The position numbers were made by a program, and so were the translations under genes. A stretch of 45,141 bases of DNA from Desulfovibrionaceae bacterium (lineage in GTDB: Bacteria > Spirochaetota > Spirochaetia > Treponematales > Treponemataceae), in the NCBI GenBank assembly GCA_963605975.1, contig CAVCWN010000256.1:1-45141 (forward strand). The letters run 5' to 3'. The first letter of the stretch is position 1; the number at the start of each line of letters is the position of its first letter. A model generated the notes under the pieces. The model did not search any database. It was given only the letters and a program-made list of their open reading frames with translations, and was not told the DNA's origin. Below are positions 1 through 8,065 of this stretch, piece by piece.

Positions 1-61
1 GTAGAATTCTTTTAATATGAATTTGTAAAATTCCTAATTTTTTTTTAGAAAATATTTTAAT

Positions 62-104
62 AAAAAAAAAGAGCGAAATCTGAAAATCAGGTTTTGCTCT
101 TTTT
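62..104. terminator. Intrinsic terminator, probably bidirectional, downstream of rubrerythrin
   Basis: GAGCGAAATCTGA/TCAGGTTTTGCTC stem flanked by A and T runs; G-U pairs favour the + strand. Confidence 0.7.
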
Positions 105-110
105 AAGAAA

Positions 111-647
111 TTAATAATTCTCGGCACAAAGTTCAAAGTAACTTTTTGGATGTGCACAGACAGGACAAACTTCTGGAGCCTTTGTTCCTACAACAATGTG
201 ACCACAGTTTCTACATTCCCAAATTTTTACTTCGCTTTTTTCAAAAACTTCCTGCATTTCAACATTATGCAAAAGTGCTCTGTAGCGTTCTTCGTGGCGC
301 TTTTCAATTGCTGCAACAGCGCGAAATTTTTCAGCTAAAGACGTAAAACCTTCAGCTTCTGCTGTTTTTGCAAAATCATCATACATGTCTGTCCATTCGT
401 AGTTTTCACCTTCAGCAGCAGCTTTTAAATTTTCCGCGGTTGAACCAATGCCATTAAGTTCTTTAAACCACATTTTTGCATGTTCTTTTTCATTGTCAGC
501 TGTTTTTTGAAAAATGTCGGCAATTTGCTCAAAGCCTTCTTTTTTAGCTTTTGAAGCAAAATATGTGTACTTATTTCTAGCCTGTGATTCACCTGCAAAA
601 GCAGCCATTAAATTTTTTTCTGTTTGGGTTCCTTCATATTTATTCAT
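111..647 (-). CDS. rbr: Rubrerythrin
   Basis: AFAGESQA..Y, ExxH di-iron motifs, C-terminal CRNCG..CPVC rubredoxin domain; GGAG RBS. Confidence 0.96.
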   Translation of the reverse strand: MNKYEGTQTEKNLMAAFAGESQARNKYTYFASKAKKEGFEQIADIFQKTADNEKEHAKMWFKELNGIGSTAENLKAAAEGENYEWTDMYDDFAKTAEAEGFTSLAEKFRAVAAIEKRHEERYRALLHNVEMQEVFEKSEVKIWECRNCGHIVVGTKAPEVCPVCAHPKSYFELCAENY

Positions 648-1161
648 TTTATACTCCTTAAAAAATACCTCATTAGCGGTAGTACAGAAGGTGTTGAATC
701 AGCAGTTTTAAAAACAATGTTTTGAAAACTGTAGTGATAAAAATTATAAGAGCCTAATTCTTATCACACCTTCTTAAAAAAAAATACGTCAGCTACAGTA
801 CATAAGAATGTGACTTAAAAGTTTTGAAAGCAACGCTTGTAAAACTTTTAATGTAAAAATTACAGGACAATAATTTTTAGAATATCTTATTAAAGTGCAC
901 TGACTTTGTGTTTTTATGGAGATGTAGAATATCTGTTTTGCAAACAATGCTTGAAAGCAACTGTAAATGCACTTTTTTATTGCATCTCCATAAACAATGG
1001 TGATTCTTAAGAAGACATTTAAAAGAAATCTTTTAAAGTCATCTTTACAAAATTTCCAATCCAATATGTGTCATTTTTTAACATATTGATTTTTCTACAG
1101 GCAAAGAAAATATACAAACCTATATATTCCATAGTGCCTTGTTACTTTATTATTACTTTTC

Positions 1162-1539
1162 TTACTCCGATTCCCACAAGCCATGCAAATTACAATAACT
1201 GTAGGCTTTTATGATTTCCTCCTTTGGTGATAAAAAAAAGTCTGCTGCAGCTTCTGTGCCTGGAAGTAACTCCTTAAAGATAAAACCTTTATTTGTTTGC
1301 AAAACAATCCACTGGATGAAGTGTTTTTCTTCCATTGGGTGGCTTAAAGATGAAACTGTAACTAATACTTTATTATCCTTTTGTGTAACAATTGGCACAT
1401 GCTTTTCAACAGCAGCGTCAATAGCTCCGGCTTTTAGTTCTGTCATTGGAACAGAACAACAAATTGTGGGACAGGATGAATTATTTAAAAGAACTGCAAT
1501 TTTCCCACATTTAGGACATTTGTAAAATTTAATTTTCAT
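1162..1539 (-). CDS. dfx: Desulfoferrodoxin / superoxide reductase
   Basis: FYKCPKCG..CC, EKHVP, HPMEEKHFI, YCNLHGLW; ATG at 1539 with GGAG upstream, so the start is trimmed from the ORF track. Confidence 0.93.
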   Translation of the reverse strand: MKIKFYKCPKCGKIAVLLNNSSCPTICCSVPMTELKAGAIDAAVEKHVPIVTQKDNKVLVTVSSLSHPMEEKHFIQWIVLQTNKGFIFKELLPGTEAAADFFLSPKEEIIKAYSYCNLHGLWESE

Positions 1540-1787
1540 AAATTTTGCTCCAATAAATAGAATGACGGACTTAAACAAAAATTTGACACATTCTTCCTGC
1601 AAGTAGCTAAAAGTAATAATTTTTGTGTCTCAATTTTATAGTGACAAAAAATCAAAATGAATTTGAAATTTTATCATTCAAAAATTTTTGTTTATTACGT
1701 CTTTTTATACAGACATATCTTTGACTTAATAAAACAAAGATATGCAGTTCACCTAATAAAAATTTGTTTCACGCTAAACATTTTTCA

Positions 1788-2219
1788 CTAACTTTTTTTA
1801 TTTTTTAATTTGTTACATTCCGGACAAAGACCTGTAAAAACCAGATTGTGACCTTCTACCAGAAAACCATCTTCATTCATTTTGCTACTAATGGAAGCGG
1901 CAATATTTTTAATTTTAGAAATGCTGTTTTCTGGAGTGTCAAACATTTTGTTGCAGGACTTGCAGCAAAAGTGATAGTGATTTTTTAAAGTAGAGTCATA
2001 GTGGTCTGCTCCGTTGGGAACAGAAATTTTTAACAGAAGCCCTGCTTGACTCAAAAGGGCAAGATTTCTGTAGACGGTGCCGCGACTTATGTGTGGGTCA
2101 AGAAGACGCGCTTTTTCATAAATTTCATCAGCGGTTGGGTGAGAAAAATTACCGTCCATAATTTCTAAAATTAATTTTCTTTGGTTAGTATTTCGTGTTG
2201 CCATAATTTTATTATGCAT
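1788..2219 (-). CDS. Fur-family repressor, probably PerR-like
   Basis: HPTADEIY, SRGTVYRNL, HYHFCCKSC, CPEC; lies next to dfx and rbr. Confidence 0.9.
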   Translation of the reverse strand: MHNKIMATRNTNQRKLILEIMDGNFSHPTADEIYEKARLLDPHISRGTVYRNLALLSQAGLLLKISVPNGADHYDSTLKNHYHFCCKSCNKMFDTPENSISKIKNIAASISSKMNEDGFLVEGHNLVFTGLCPECNKLKNKKS

Positions 2220-2280
2220 ATTTTATTTAATTTGTAAATAGTAATAAGTCCTAATAGCAAAAATATTTTCTTTTTCTGGG

Positions 2281-2378
2281 GAAGTCTTTTTTACGACGGC
2301 ACTTTCGCAACTTGCTGCGCGCGGTCCTCACCCCGTGGGTTCGGACTGCCTTCGGCATTGCTACAGCACCGGCACCAG
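2281..2378 (+). repeat. Structured intergenic repeat, family B
   Basis: Shares ACTTGCTGCGCGCGGTC..GCCTTCGGC..GCTACA with 7846-7953. Confidence 0.7.
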
Positions 2379-2461
2379 TTTTTAAAATAAGTTGTGGGGA
2401 TTTAAAAAAATAATTTTCAATACTTTTTTTAAGCTGCCTTGGGAATTTAAAAAAAGCACTA

Positions 2462-2547
2462 GTCGGATTGGAGCAGGCCCGAAGGGCTTCTTTTTTTACA
2501 AAGTAAAAAAAGAACGAAGTGAAACGGAGCTGCGGAAAGCCGTTTTT
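2462..2547 (+). repeat. Degenerate family A repeat
   Basis: GGATTGGAGCA, AACGAAGTG and GCGGAAAGCC blocks in the same order as 30290-30408. Confidence 0.5.
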
Positions 2548-2608
2548 AAATGAGCTTTCTTCAAAAATAAAAAAAATCTGCCTGCACTTTACAGACAGAT
2601 TTTTTTGT

Positions 2609-3367
2609 TTAAGACGAACGTTTATTGTTTTTTGCAATTAGTAAAAGCCGAAGCAGCGATGCAATTGATGACAGGGCTGCGGCAACGTATGTTAGTGCGG
2701 CGGCAACAAGAACTTTTCTGGCACCACGGATTTCTGTTTTTTCGAGAACCCCGTTACTTTTTAAAATTTTCAGGGCACGGTTGGAAGCGTTAAATTCGAC
2801 TGGCAGCGTGACAAGATAAAAAAGAACTGAAAGTGAAAATAAAATAATTCCTGCCATTGTAAGGATATTTGAAAAATTTGAAAAAGACGAAAGGCGACTT
2901 GTGGCAACTGATGCGGAACCAAGTAAAATGCCCCCCATAACTAAAATTGGACCGAAGCGTGAACCAAGATTTGCTGCCGGAACAAGTTTGCTTCGTGTTA
3001 TGAGCGGCTGGTAACTTACGTGATGCTGAATGGCGTGACCTGTTTCGTGGGCAGCTACTCCAATTGCAGCTATTGAGGTACTTGCATAGGTTGAATCGCT
3101 AAGGGAAAGAACTTTTGTTGAAGGATTATAATTGTCTGTAAGAGAACCTGAAATGTGAACGACTTCAACGTTTGTAATTCCGCTTTGTTTTAACAAAAGT
3201 TGTGCGGCTTGGGCGCCTGTTAAATTTTTTTTACTTTGTACTTTGTTAAATCTGGCAAATCTTACTTTTACCATAATCTGAGCAAGAAAACTGAGCACTA
3301 AAGCTGGCAGCATTAGTAGAAGGTAAGAGTAATTGTAGGAATAATATCCAAGTGTGTTGTAATCCAT
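2609..3367 (-). CDS. Membrane neutral zinc metallopeptidase (YugP-like)
   Basis: G.LTD.Y.P, AAHETGHAIQH, TLPVEFNAS.RA, AAALTYVAA. Confidence 0.92.
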   Translation of the reverse strand: MDYNTLGYYSYNYSYLLLMLPALVLSFLAQIMVKVRFARFNKVQSKKNLTGAQAAQLLLKQSGITNVEVVHISGSLTDNYNPSTKVLSLSDSTYASTSIAAIGVAAHETGHAIQHHVSYQPLITRSKLVPAANLGSRFGPILVMGGILLGSASVATSRLSSFSNFSNILTMAGIILFSLSVLFYLVTLPVEFNASNRALKILKSNGVLEKTEIRGARKVLVAAALTYVAAALSSIASLLRLLLIAKNNKRSS

Positions 3368-3406
3368 AAAAGCTCCTCAAAGGTTTATAAATAATTTTTT
3401 TTGTCT

Positions 3407-3488
3407 GGGATTTCTAAAAACTTTATGTTTTGATTTTTTGTGATTACAAAATTCGAAAGCGTTTTTTATTAAAGTTTTTAGAGATACC
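3407..3488. repeat. MITE-like element with 19-bp terminal inverted repeats (family D)
   Basis: GGGATTTCTAAAAACTTTA ... TAAAGTTTTTAGAGATACC, 17/19 match; related ends at 42735-42770. Confidence 0.55.
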
Positions 3489-3577
3489 TTTTATAAAATA
3501 AATCATTATTGGCGGTGATTCAAGAAAATAAAATAAATTTTATTGAATATAAATATTTCATTTGCTATCATCACCTT

Positions 3578-3874
3578 GTGATTGAATTAAATAGCAAACA
3601 AAGGAAAAAACTAGAAAAATTGGCTCATAATCTGGAACCATTGGTGATTGTTGGTGGGGCAGGCCTTACTGAGGGTGTGGAAAAAAAGGTGCTTGATTGT
3701 TTGAATGCGCATGAACTTGTGAAGGTTAAGTTCAACGAATTTCAGGAAGAAAAGCAGAATTTTTCAAATCAAATTGCAAAAGACATAGATGCGACTTTAG
3801 TCAGAATTATTGGTAATGTTGCAATCTTTTACCGTCAAAGCGATATAGAAGAAAAAAGGCACATTAACGTATAA
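3578..3874 (+). CDS. yhbY: YhbY/CRM-domain RNA-binding protein
   Basis: LNSKQRKKL..LAH.L.P, HELVKVKF, IGNVAIFYR; GTG start at 3578. Confidence 0.9.
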   Translation: MIELNSKQRKKLEKLAHNLEPLVIVGGAGLTEGVEKKVLDCLNAHELVKVKFNEFQEEKQNFSNQIAKDIDATLVRIIGNVAIFYRQSDIEEKRHINV

Positions 3875-3882
3875 AGGTCTTT

Positions 3883-3941
3883 AAAAAAATAAAACGGGCC
3901 GTTAAAAGGAGGAAAACAACGACCCGTTTGCTAGCTGCTGA
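3883..3941 (-). ncRNA. Candidate small RNA with an anti-SD loop
   Basis: Promoter immediately upstream; 12-bp stem with loop GUUUUCCUCCUUUU and a U tail; the wobble pair works only on the - strand. Confidence 0.55.
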
Positions 3942-3946
3942 TAAAG

Positions 3947-3975
3947 AATATATACTAGAAATATTTAGTAGTCAA
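3947..3975 (-). promoter_or_regulatory. Sigma70-type promoter for the candidate sRNA
   Basis: TTGACT-N17-TATATT on the - strand. Confidence 0.6.
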
Positions 3976-4033
3976 TACGTTTTAAAAGAATTTTTATGAA
4001 AATGTTGCGGTTTTTCGCAAAGGGTGGAATATT

Positions 4034-4750
4034 TTGCAGAATTCAAGAAAAAAAATCGGAATAATTGGGGCAATGCAGGTAGAAGTGAAAACTTTAAAGG
4101 CTCTTTTAGTAGATGCTAAAGAAACCTTTGTTGGTGGATTGACTTTTACTGAAGGACTTTTGGATGGAAAAAACATTGTAATTGTTCAGTCTGGCATTGG
4201 AAAAGTAAATGCAGCTTTGTGTGCCCAGCGGTTAATTTTACAGTTTGGTGTAACAAATGTAATAAATACTGGTATTGCAGGGGCTGCTGCTAAGGGGTTA
4301 AAAATTCTGGACTTTGTTCTTTCTACAGATGCTCTTTATCATGATTTTGATGTGCGCGCTTTTGGTTACGAAATTTGTGTAATTCCTCAGATGGACTGCT
4401 GGGACTTTAAGGCGGATGCAGAAATGATAAATGCTGCAGAAAAGGCTTTTAATCAACTGGAACTTACAAAAGAACATTCGCTGGTAAAAGGAAGAATTGC
4501 AAGTGGAGATCAATTTATTTCTTCAAAAGAGCAAAAAAATCAAATCATAAAAAATTGTGCACCTGCCTGCGTGGAAATGGAAGGAACGGCAATTGCACAT
4601 GCCTGCTATTTGAATAAAATTCCATTTTTAATTATTCGCTGCATGAGTGACATGGCGGATGAGTCCAGTGAAAAAACGTATGACTTTAATGAAGAAAAAG
4701 CAGCTGAACTTAGTGCAAACCTTGTTCGCAAAATGATTCAGTTTTTTTAA
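4034..4750 (+). CDS. mtnN: 5'-methylthioadenosine/SAH nucleosidase
   Basis: IGIIGAM..EV, SGIGKVNAA, INTGIAG, SGDQFI, VEMEG, IRCMSD. Confidence 0.95.
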   Translation: MQNSRKKIGIIGAMQVEVKTLKALLVDAKETFVGGLTFTEGLLDGKNIVIVQSGIGKVNAALCAQRLILQFGVTNVINTGIAGAAAKGLKILDFVLSTDALYHDFDVRAFGYEICVIPQMDCWDFKADAEMINAAEKAFNQLELTKEHSLVKGRIASGDQFISSKEQKNQIIKNCAPACVEMEGTAIAHACYLNKIPFLIIRCMSDMADESSEKTYDFNEEKAAELSANLVRKMIQFF

Positions 4751-4906
4751 CATAATTAGTGGAAGTTTTATTATATTAAAGATAGTGGTTTAAAATAATT
4801 TAACTCTTTGGAATGTAAAAAAATTAATTGTAAAATCCAAGGAAATAAAATCATATAAGACTGCTATCTGTAAAAATAATTTAACACTTTTGAAGGAGGT
4901 TTTATT

Positions 4907-5383
4907 ACGTCAGAAAAAAAATACAATGTTGACAGTTTCAACTTGGATCACACAAAGGTGACAGCGCCTTATGTTAGACTTGCAGCAATGAAAGTTGGAC
5001 AAAAAGGTGATGTTGTAAGCAAGTATGATGTTCGCTTTACTCAGCCAAACAAAGAATTTATGCAGACAGGTGAAATCCATACTCTGGAACATTTAATTGC
5101 AGAATATATTCGTGATGAACTTCCGGATATTGTAATTGATTTTAGTCCAATGGGTTGCCGAACAGGTTTTTACTTTACAGTTTGGGGAGAACATACAGAA
5201 GAGTACATCGCAGAACATTTAGTAAATGTTCTTAGAAAAGTTTCTGTCTGGGACAAGGCAATTCCTGCAACCACAGAAAAAGAATGTGGAAATTATAAAG
5301 ACCACAATCTGGAAGGTGCAAAAAAATGGGCAGCAAAGTGGGTTGAAGGAATTACAACAAAAGGCTGGAACTGTTACAAATAG
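4907..5383 (+). CDS. luxS: S-ribosylhomocysteine lyase (AI-2 synthase), non-canonical start
   Basis: VDSFNLDH, HTLEH, SPMGCRTGFY, ECGNY; AAGGAGGT at 4893-4900 precedes in-frame ATT/ACG. Confidence 0.95.
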   Translation, partial: TSEKKYNVDSFNLDHTKVTAPYVRLAAMKVGQKGDVVSKYDVRFTQPNKEFMQTGEIHTLEHLIAEYIRDELPDIVIDFSPMGCRTGFYFTVWGEHTEEYIAEHLVNVLRKVSVWDKAIPATTEKECGNYKDHNLEGAKKWAAKWVEGITTKGWNCYK

Positions 5384-5596
5384 TAAAAAAATCCTGCAAA
5401 AGTTGAACTTTTTAAGGATGAAGAGAAACAAACGCTGCTTGGGGAACAGATGTTTGTTTACGTTAAAATCAGTGAAATGTTATACTTGATTTTAAAGGTG
5501 GATTTTGAAAAATAATTTCAAAATAAAAAGCGCTTCTGATATAAGAAAATTCCCTCTTCGGCTGTCAGAGGAAAAATTCATTTTATAAGGGTAAAA

Positions 5597-7141
5597 ATGA
5601 ACATACTTGAAAAATTCAAAGAAACAGCTTTTTCCGTTTTACCGGTAATGGCTATTGTTTTGATTTTGGGGGTAACAGTTGCTCCTCTTGGAACAACAAT
5701 ACTTTTACAATTCGCAGTTGGTGGAATAATGCTAATTGTGGGGTTAACACTTTTTCTCATTGGCGTAGATATTGGAATCTTGCCTGTTGGAGAAAAAAGT
5801 GGAGCAACACTTACTGCAAAAAAGAATCTTCCACTTTTACTTTCAGTTGCTTTTGCAATTGGTGTAATGGTTACAATCGCAGAGCCAGACGTTCAGGTTC
5901 TTGCTGACCAGGTAAGAAGTGTTTCGCCGGATGTAAATAAGTGGGTTCTTGTAATAATGATTGCAATTGGCGTAGGCCTTTTTGTAATGTTAGGACTTTT
6001 GCGCACAATGCTTTCCTGGAAACTGAAATATGTTTTTATAATTTGCTACATTTTGTTGTTTGCATTGGCTTTTTCTGCAGCAGAAGAATTCCAGGGCGTT
6101 GCATTTGATGCAGGAGGCGCAACCACCGGACCAATGACGGTTCCTTTCATCATGGCACTTGGTTTGGGAGTTGCTTCAGTTAGATCAGCTTCTTCAAAAA
6201 GCAGTGACGATTCTTTTGGTTTAACAGGAATTGCTTCGATTGGGCCGATTGCAGCTGTTTGTGTTTACGGTTTAATTGTTAAACTTACACAAAATTCTGC
6301 AGATGCAAATGTTCTTGCAGAAACAGCAGAAGTTGTTGAAAGTTCAACAGAAAGTGCTTCTGCAACTGGGCTGGCAGTTTTTGGACAGATGTTGCCAAAT
6401 ATCATAAAAGAAGTTGCTCTTGCACTTCTTCCGCTAGTTATAATGTTTATAATTTTCCAGATTTTCCTGTTAAAAATGCCACCTATGCAACTTAAGCGCA
6501 TGGTAAAAGGTTTAATTTACAGTTTCTTTGGACTGATTTTATTCCTTTTGGGAGCGAATGCAGGTTTTATGCCTGCTGGAAATAAGCTGGGCCAAATTCT
6601 TGGAACGTATGCGGCAACACAAGGCGCAGGCTGGAAAGTTTTATTGGTTGTAATAGGAATGATTTTTGGAGCAGTCGTTGTTTGTGCAGAACCGGCGGTT
6701 TGGGTTTTAACAGAACAAATTGAAAACGTAAGCGGTGGCACAATCAAAAGAAAAGTCATCCTTGTAGCCTTGTCTTTTGGGGTTTCGCTTTCAATAGGTT
6801 TAAGCATGCTTAGAATTATTTATTCTATCAGTTTGTGGTACATTTTAATTCCAGGTTATGCCATAGCGCTTTTACTTACATTAATTTGTCCGCCACTTTT
6901 CACAGGTATCGCTTTTGACTCAGGTGGAGTTGCTTCAGGGCCAATGACAAGTACCTTTATACTTTCTTTTGCCTTGGGTGCAGCGTCTGGTGTGGCAGGT
7001 GCAGTGGGAGGAGCTTCCTCTGTTTCAGATGCATTTGGTGTAATTGCCCTTGTTGCCATGACACCATTAATTGCCCTTCAGATTTTAGGATTAATATTCA
7101 AAATCAAAAACAAAAAGAAAGGAGCTGGTAACAATGAATAG
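5597..7141 (+). CDS. DUF1538 family membrane protein (two fused repeats)
   Basis: Duplicated AEP..V and AFD(A/S)GG..(T/S)GPMT motifs; many TM helices. Confidence 0.88.
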   Translation: MNILEKFKETAFSVLPVMAIVLILGVTVAPLGTTILLQFAVGGIMLIVGLTLFLIGVDIGILPVGEKSGATLTAKKNLPLLLSVAFAIGVMVTIAEPDVQVLADQVRSVSPDVNKWVLVIMIAIGVGLFVMLGLLRTMLSWKLKYVFIICYILLFALAFSAAEEFQGVAFDAGGATTGPMTVPFIMALGLGVASVRSASSKSSDDSFGLTGIASIGPIAAVCVYGLIVKLTQNSADANVLAETAEVVESSTESASATGLAVFGQMLPNIIKEVALALLPLVIMFIIFQIFLLKMPPMQLKRMVKGLIYSFFGLILFLLGANAGFMPAGNKLGQILGTYAATQGAGWKVLLVVIGMIFGAVVVCAEPAVWVLTEQIENVSGGTIKRKVILVALSFGVSLSIGLSMLRIIYSISLWYILIPGYAIALLLTLICPPLFTGIAFDSGGVASGPMTSTFILSFALGAASGVAGAVGGASSVSDAFGVIALVAMTPLIALQILGLIFKIKNKKKGAGNNE

Positions 7142-7775
7142 ATTTGTTCTTTTAATAATTGAAGTTCCTCATAATAAGTCCGATCTTATTACACAAGCTG
7201 CAAACAAAGCGGGTTGTGCCGGAGGAACAGTTTTAATCGGAAGAAAAATCAGTAGCAGTAAACTGGCTGTTGCTTTGGGTTTAGGTTCAAACACAATTGA
7301 TATAATTTATATCCTTACTGAGGAAGACAAAAAAGATGCAATTATTTCTGCAATCAAAGAAAAAGCTTGTGCAGAAAAATTTAATTCAGGTTGCATTTAC
7401 CAGTTGAATGCAAATGGTTTGATGAAAACAGGCAATTATGTTGAAGGAGAAAAAACTATGGCTCAGAAAAATCCACAGGAAATGATAACAGTTATTTTGA
7501 ACAGAGGTTATGCTGACGATGCAGTAAAAGCTGCAAGACAAGCCGGTGCTGGTGGAGGAACAGTTGTTAACGCCCGCGGTACTGCGAATGAAAACGATGC
7601 AAAATTTTTTGGCATGCACATCGTTCCTGAAAAAGAAATGCTCATGATAGTTGTTGATTCTGACAAAAAAGATGCAGTTCTTGAGGCTATTCGTACGCTG
7701 CCGTGTTTAAGTCAGCCAGGTTCCGGAATTGCTTTTACATCTAGAGTTGAAGGTTTTACCGTTCTGGGCAAATAA
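7134..7775 (+). CDS. Protein with two P-II-like domains
   Basis: Two A..AG..GGTV motifs; PEKE.L.IVV and PGSGIAF in the second; overlaps the DUF1538 stop. Confidence 0.85.
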   Translation: MNRFVLLIIEVPHNKSDLITQAANKAGCAGGTVLIGRKISSSKLAVALGLGSNTIDIIYILTEEDKKDAIISAIKEKACAEKFNSGCIYQLNANGLMKTGNYVEGEKTMAQKNPQEMITVILNRGYADDAVKAARQAGAGGGTVVNARGTANENDAKFFGMHIVPEKEMLMIVVDSDKKDAVLEAIRTLPCLSQPGSGIAFTSRVEGFTVLGK

Positions 7776-7789
7776 TTTTTTCTAAAAAG

Positions 7790-7838
7790 AAAAGGGGTTC
7801 TCTGTCAGAATTTTCTGATTTTGAGAGCCCTTTTTTTT
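7790..7838 (+). terminator. Intrinsic terminator
   Basis: AAAAGGGGTTCTC/GAGAGCCCTTTT stem followed by a T run. Confidence 0.7.
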
Positions 7839-7845
7839 ATTTTTT

Positions 7846-7953
7846 GAAGCATACCTTTTTTCGTAAACTGCCCTTCCGCCACTTGCTGCGCGCGGTCGCC
7901 TTCACTTCGTTGCAGGCGACGGCCTTCGGCCTGGCTACACGGCAGGCTATGCC
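7846..7953 (+). repeat. Structured intergenic repeat, family B
   Basis: GAAGCATACC..CCTTCCGC..CGCGCGGTC..CTTCGGC..CTACACGGC; similar to the 15218, 2281 and (reverse) 23579 copies. Confidence 0.75.
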
Positions 7954-8000
7954 ACATTTTTTAGAAATATTTTTTAATAACGAAATCGTGTTTTTCTAAT

Positions 8001-8041
8001 AAAAAAAACCGCTCAGTCCAAAAATGAACCGGGCGGTTTTT
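8001..8041 (-). terminator. Terminator of ppdK
   Basis: ACCGCTCAGTCCA/TGAACCGGGCGGT stem with A8 on the + strand (U8 on -). Confidence 0.7.
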
Positions 8042-8065
8042 AGTCATCGAATTATTTTAATTCAA

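Noticed and set aside
789..1064. 91-aa ORF between rbr and dfx
   Set aside because: No recognisable motif, TTG start, no RBS; the region is better explained by inverted repeats
2251..2637. 128-aa ORF; similar ORFs at 10906-11343, 16109-16315, 23417-23683 and 30191-30712
   Set aside because: Translations running through GC-rich repeats, some overlapping real genes
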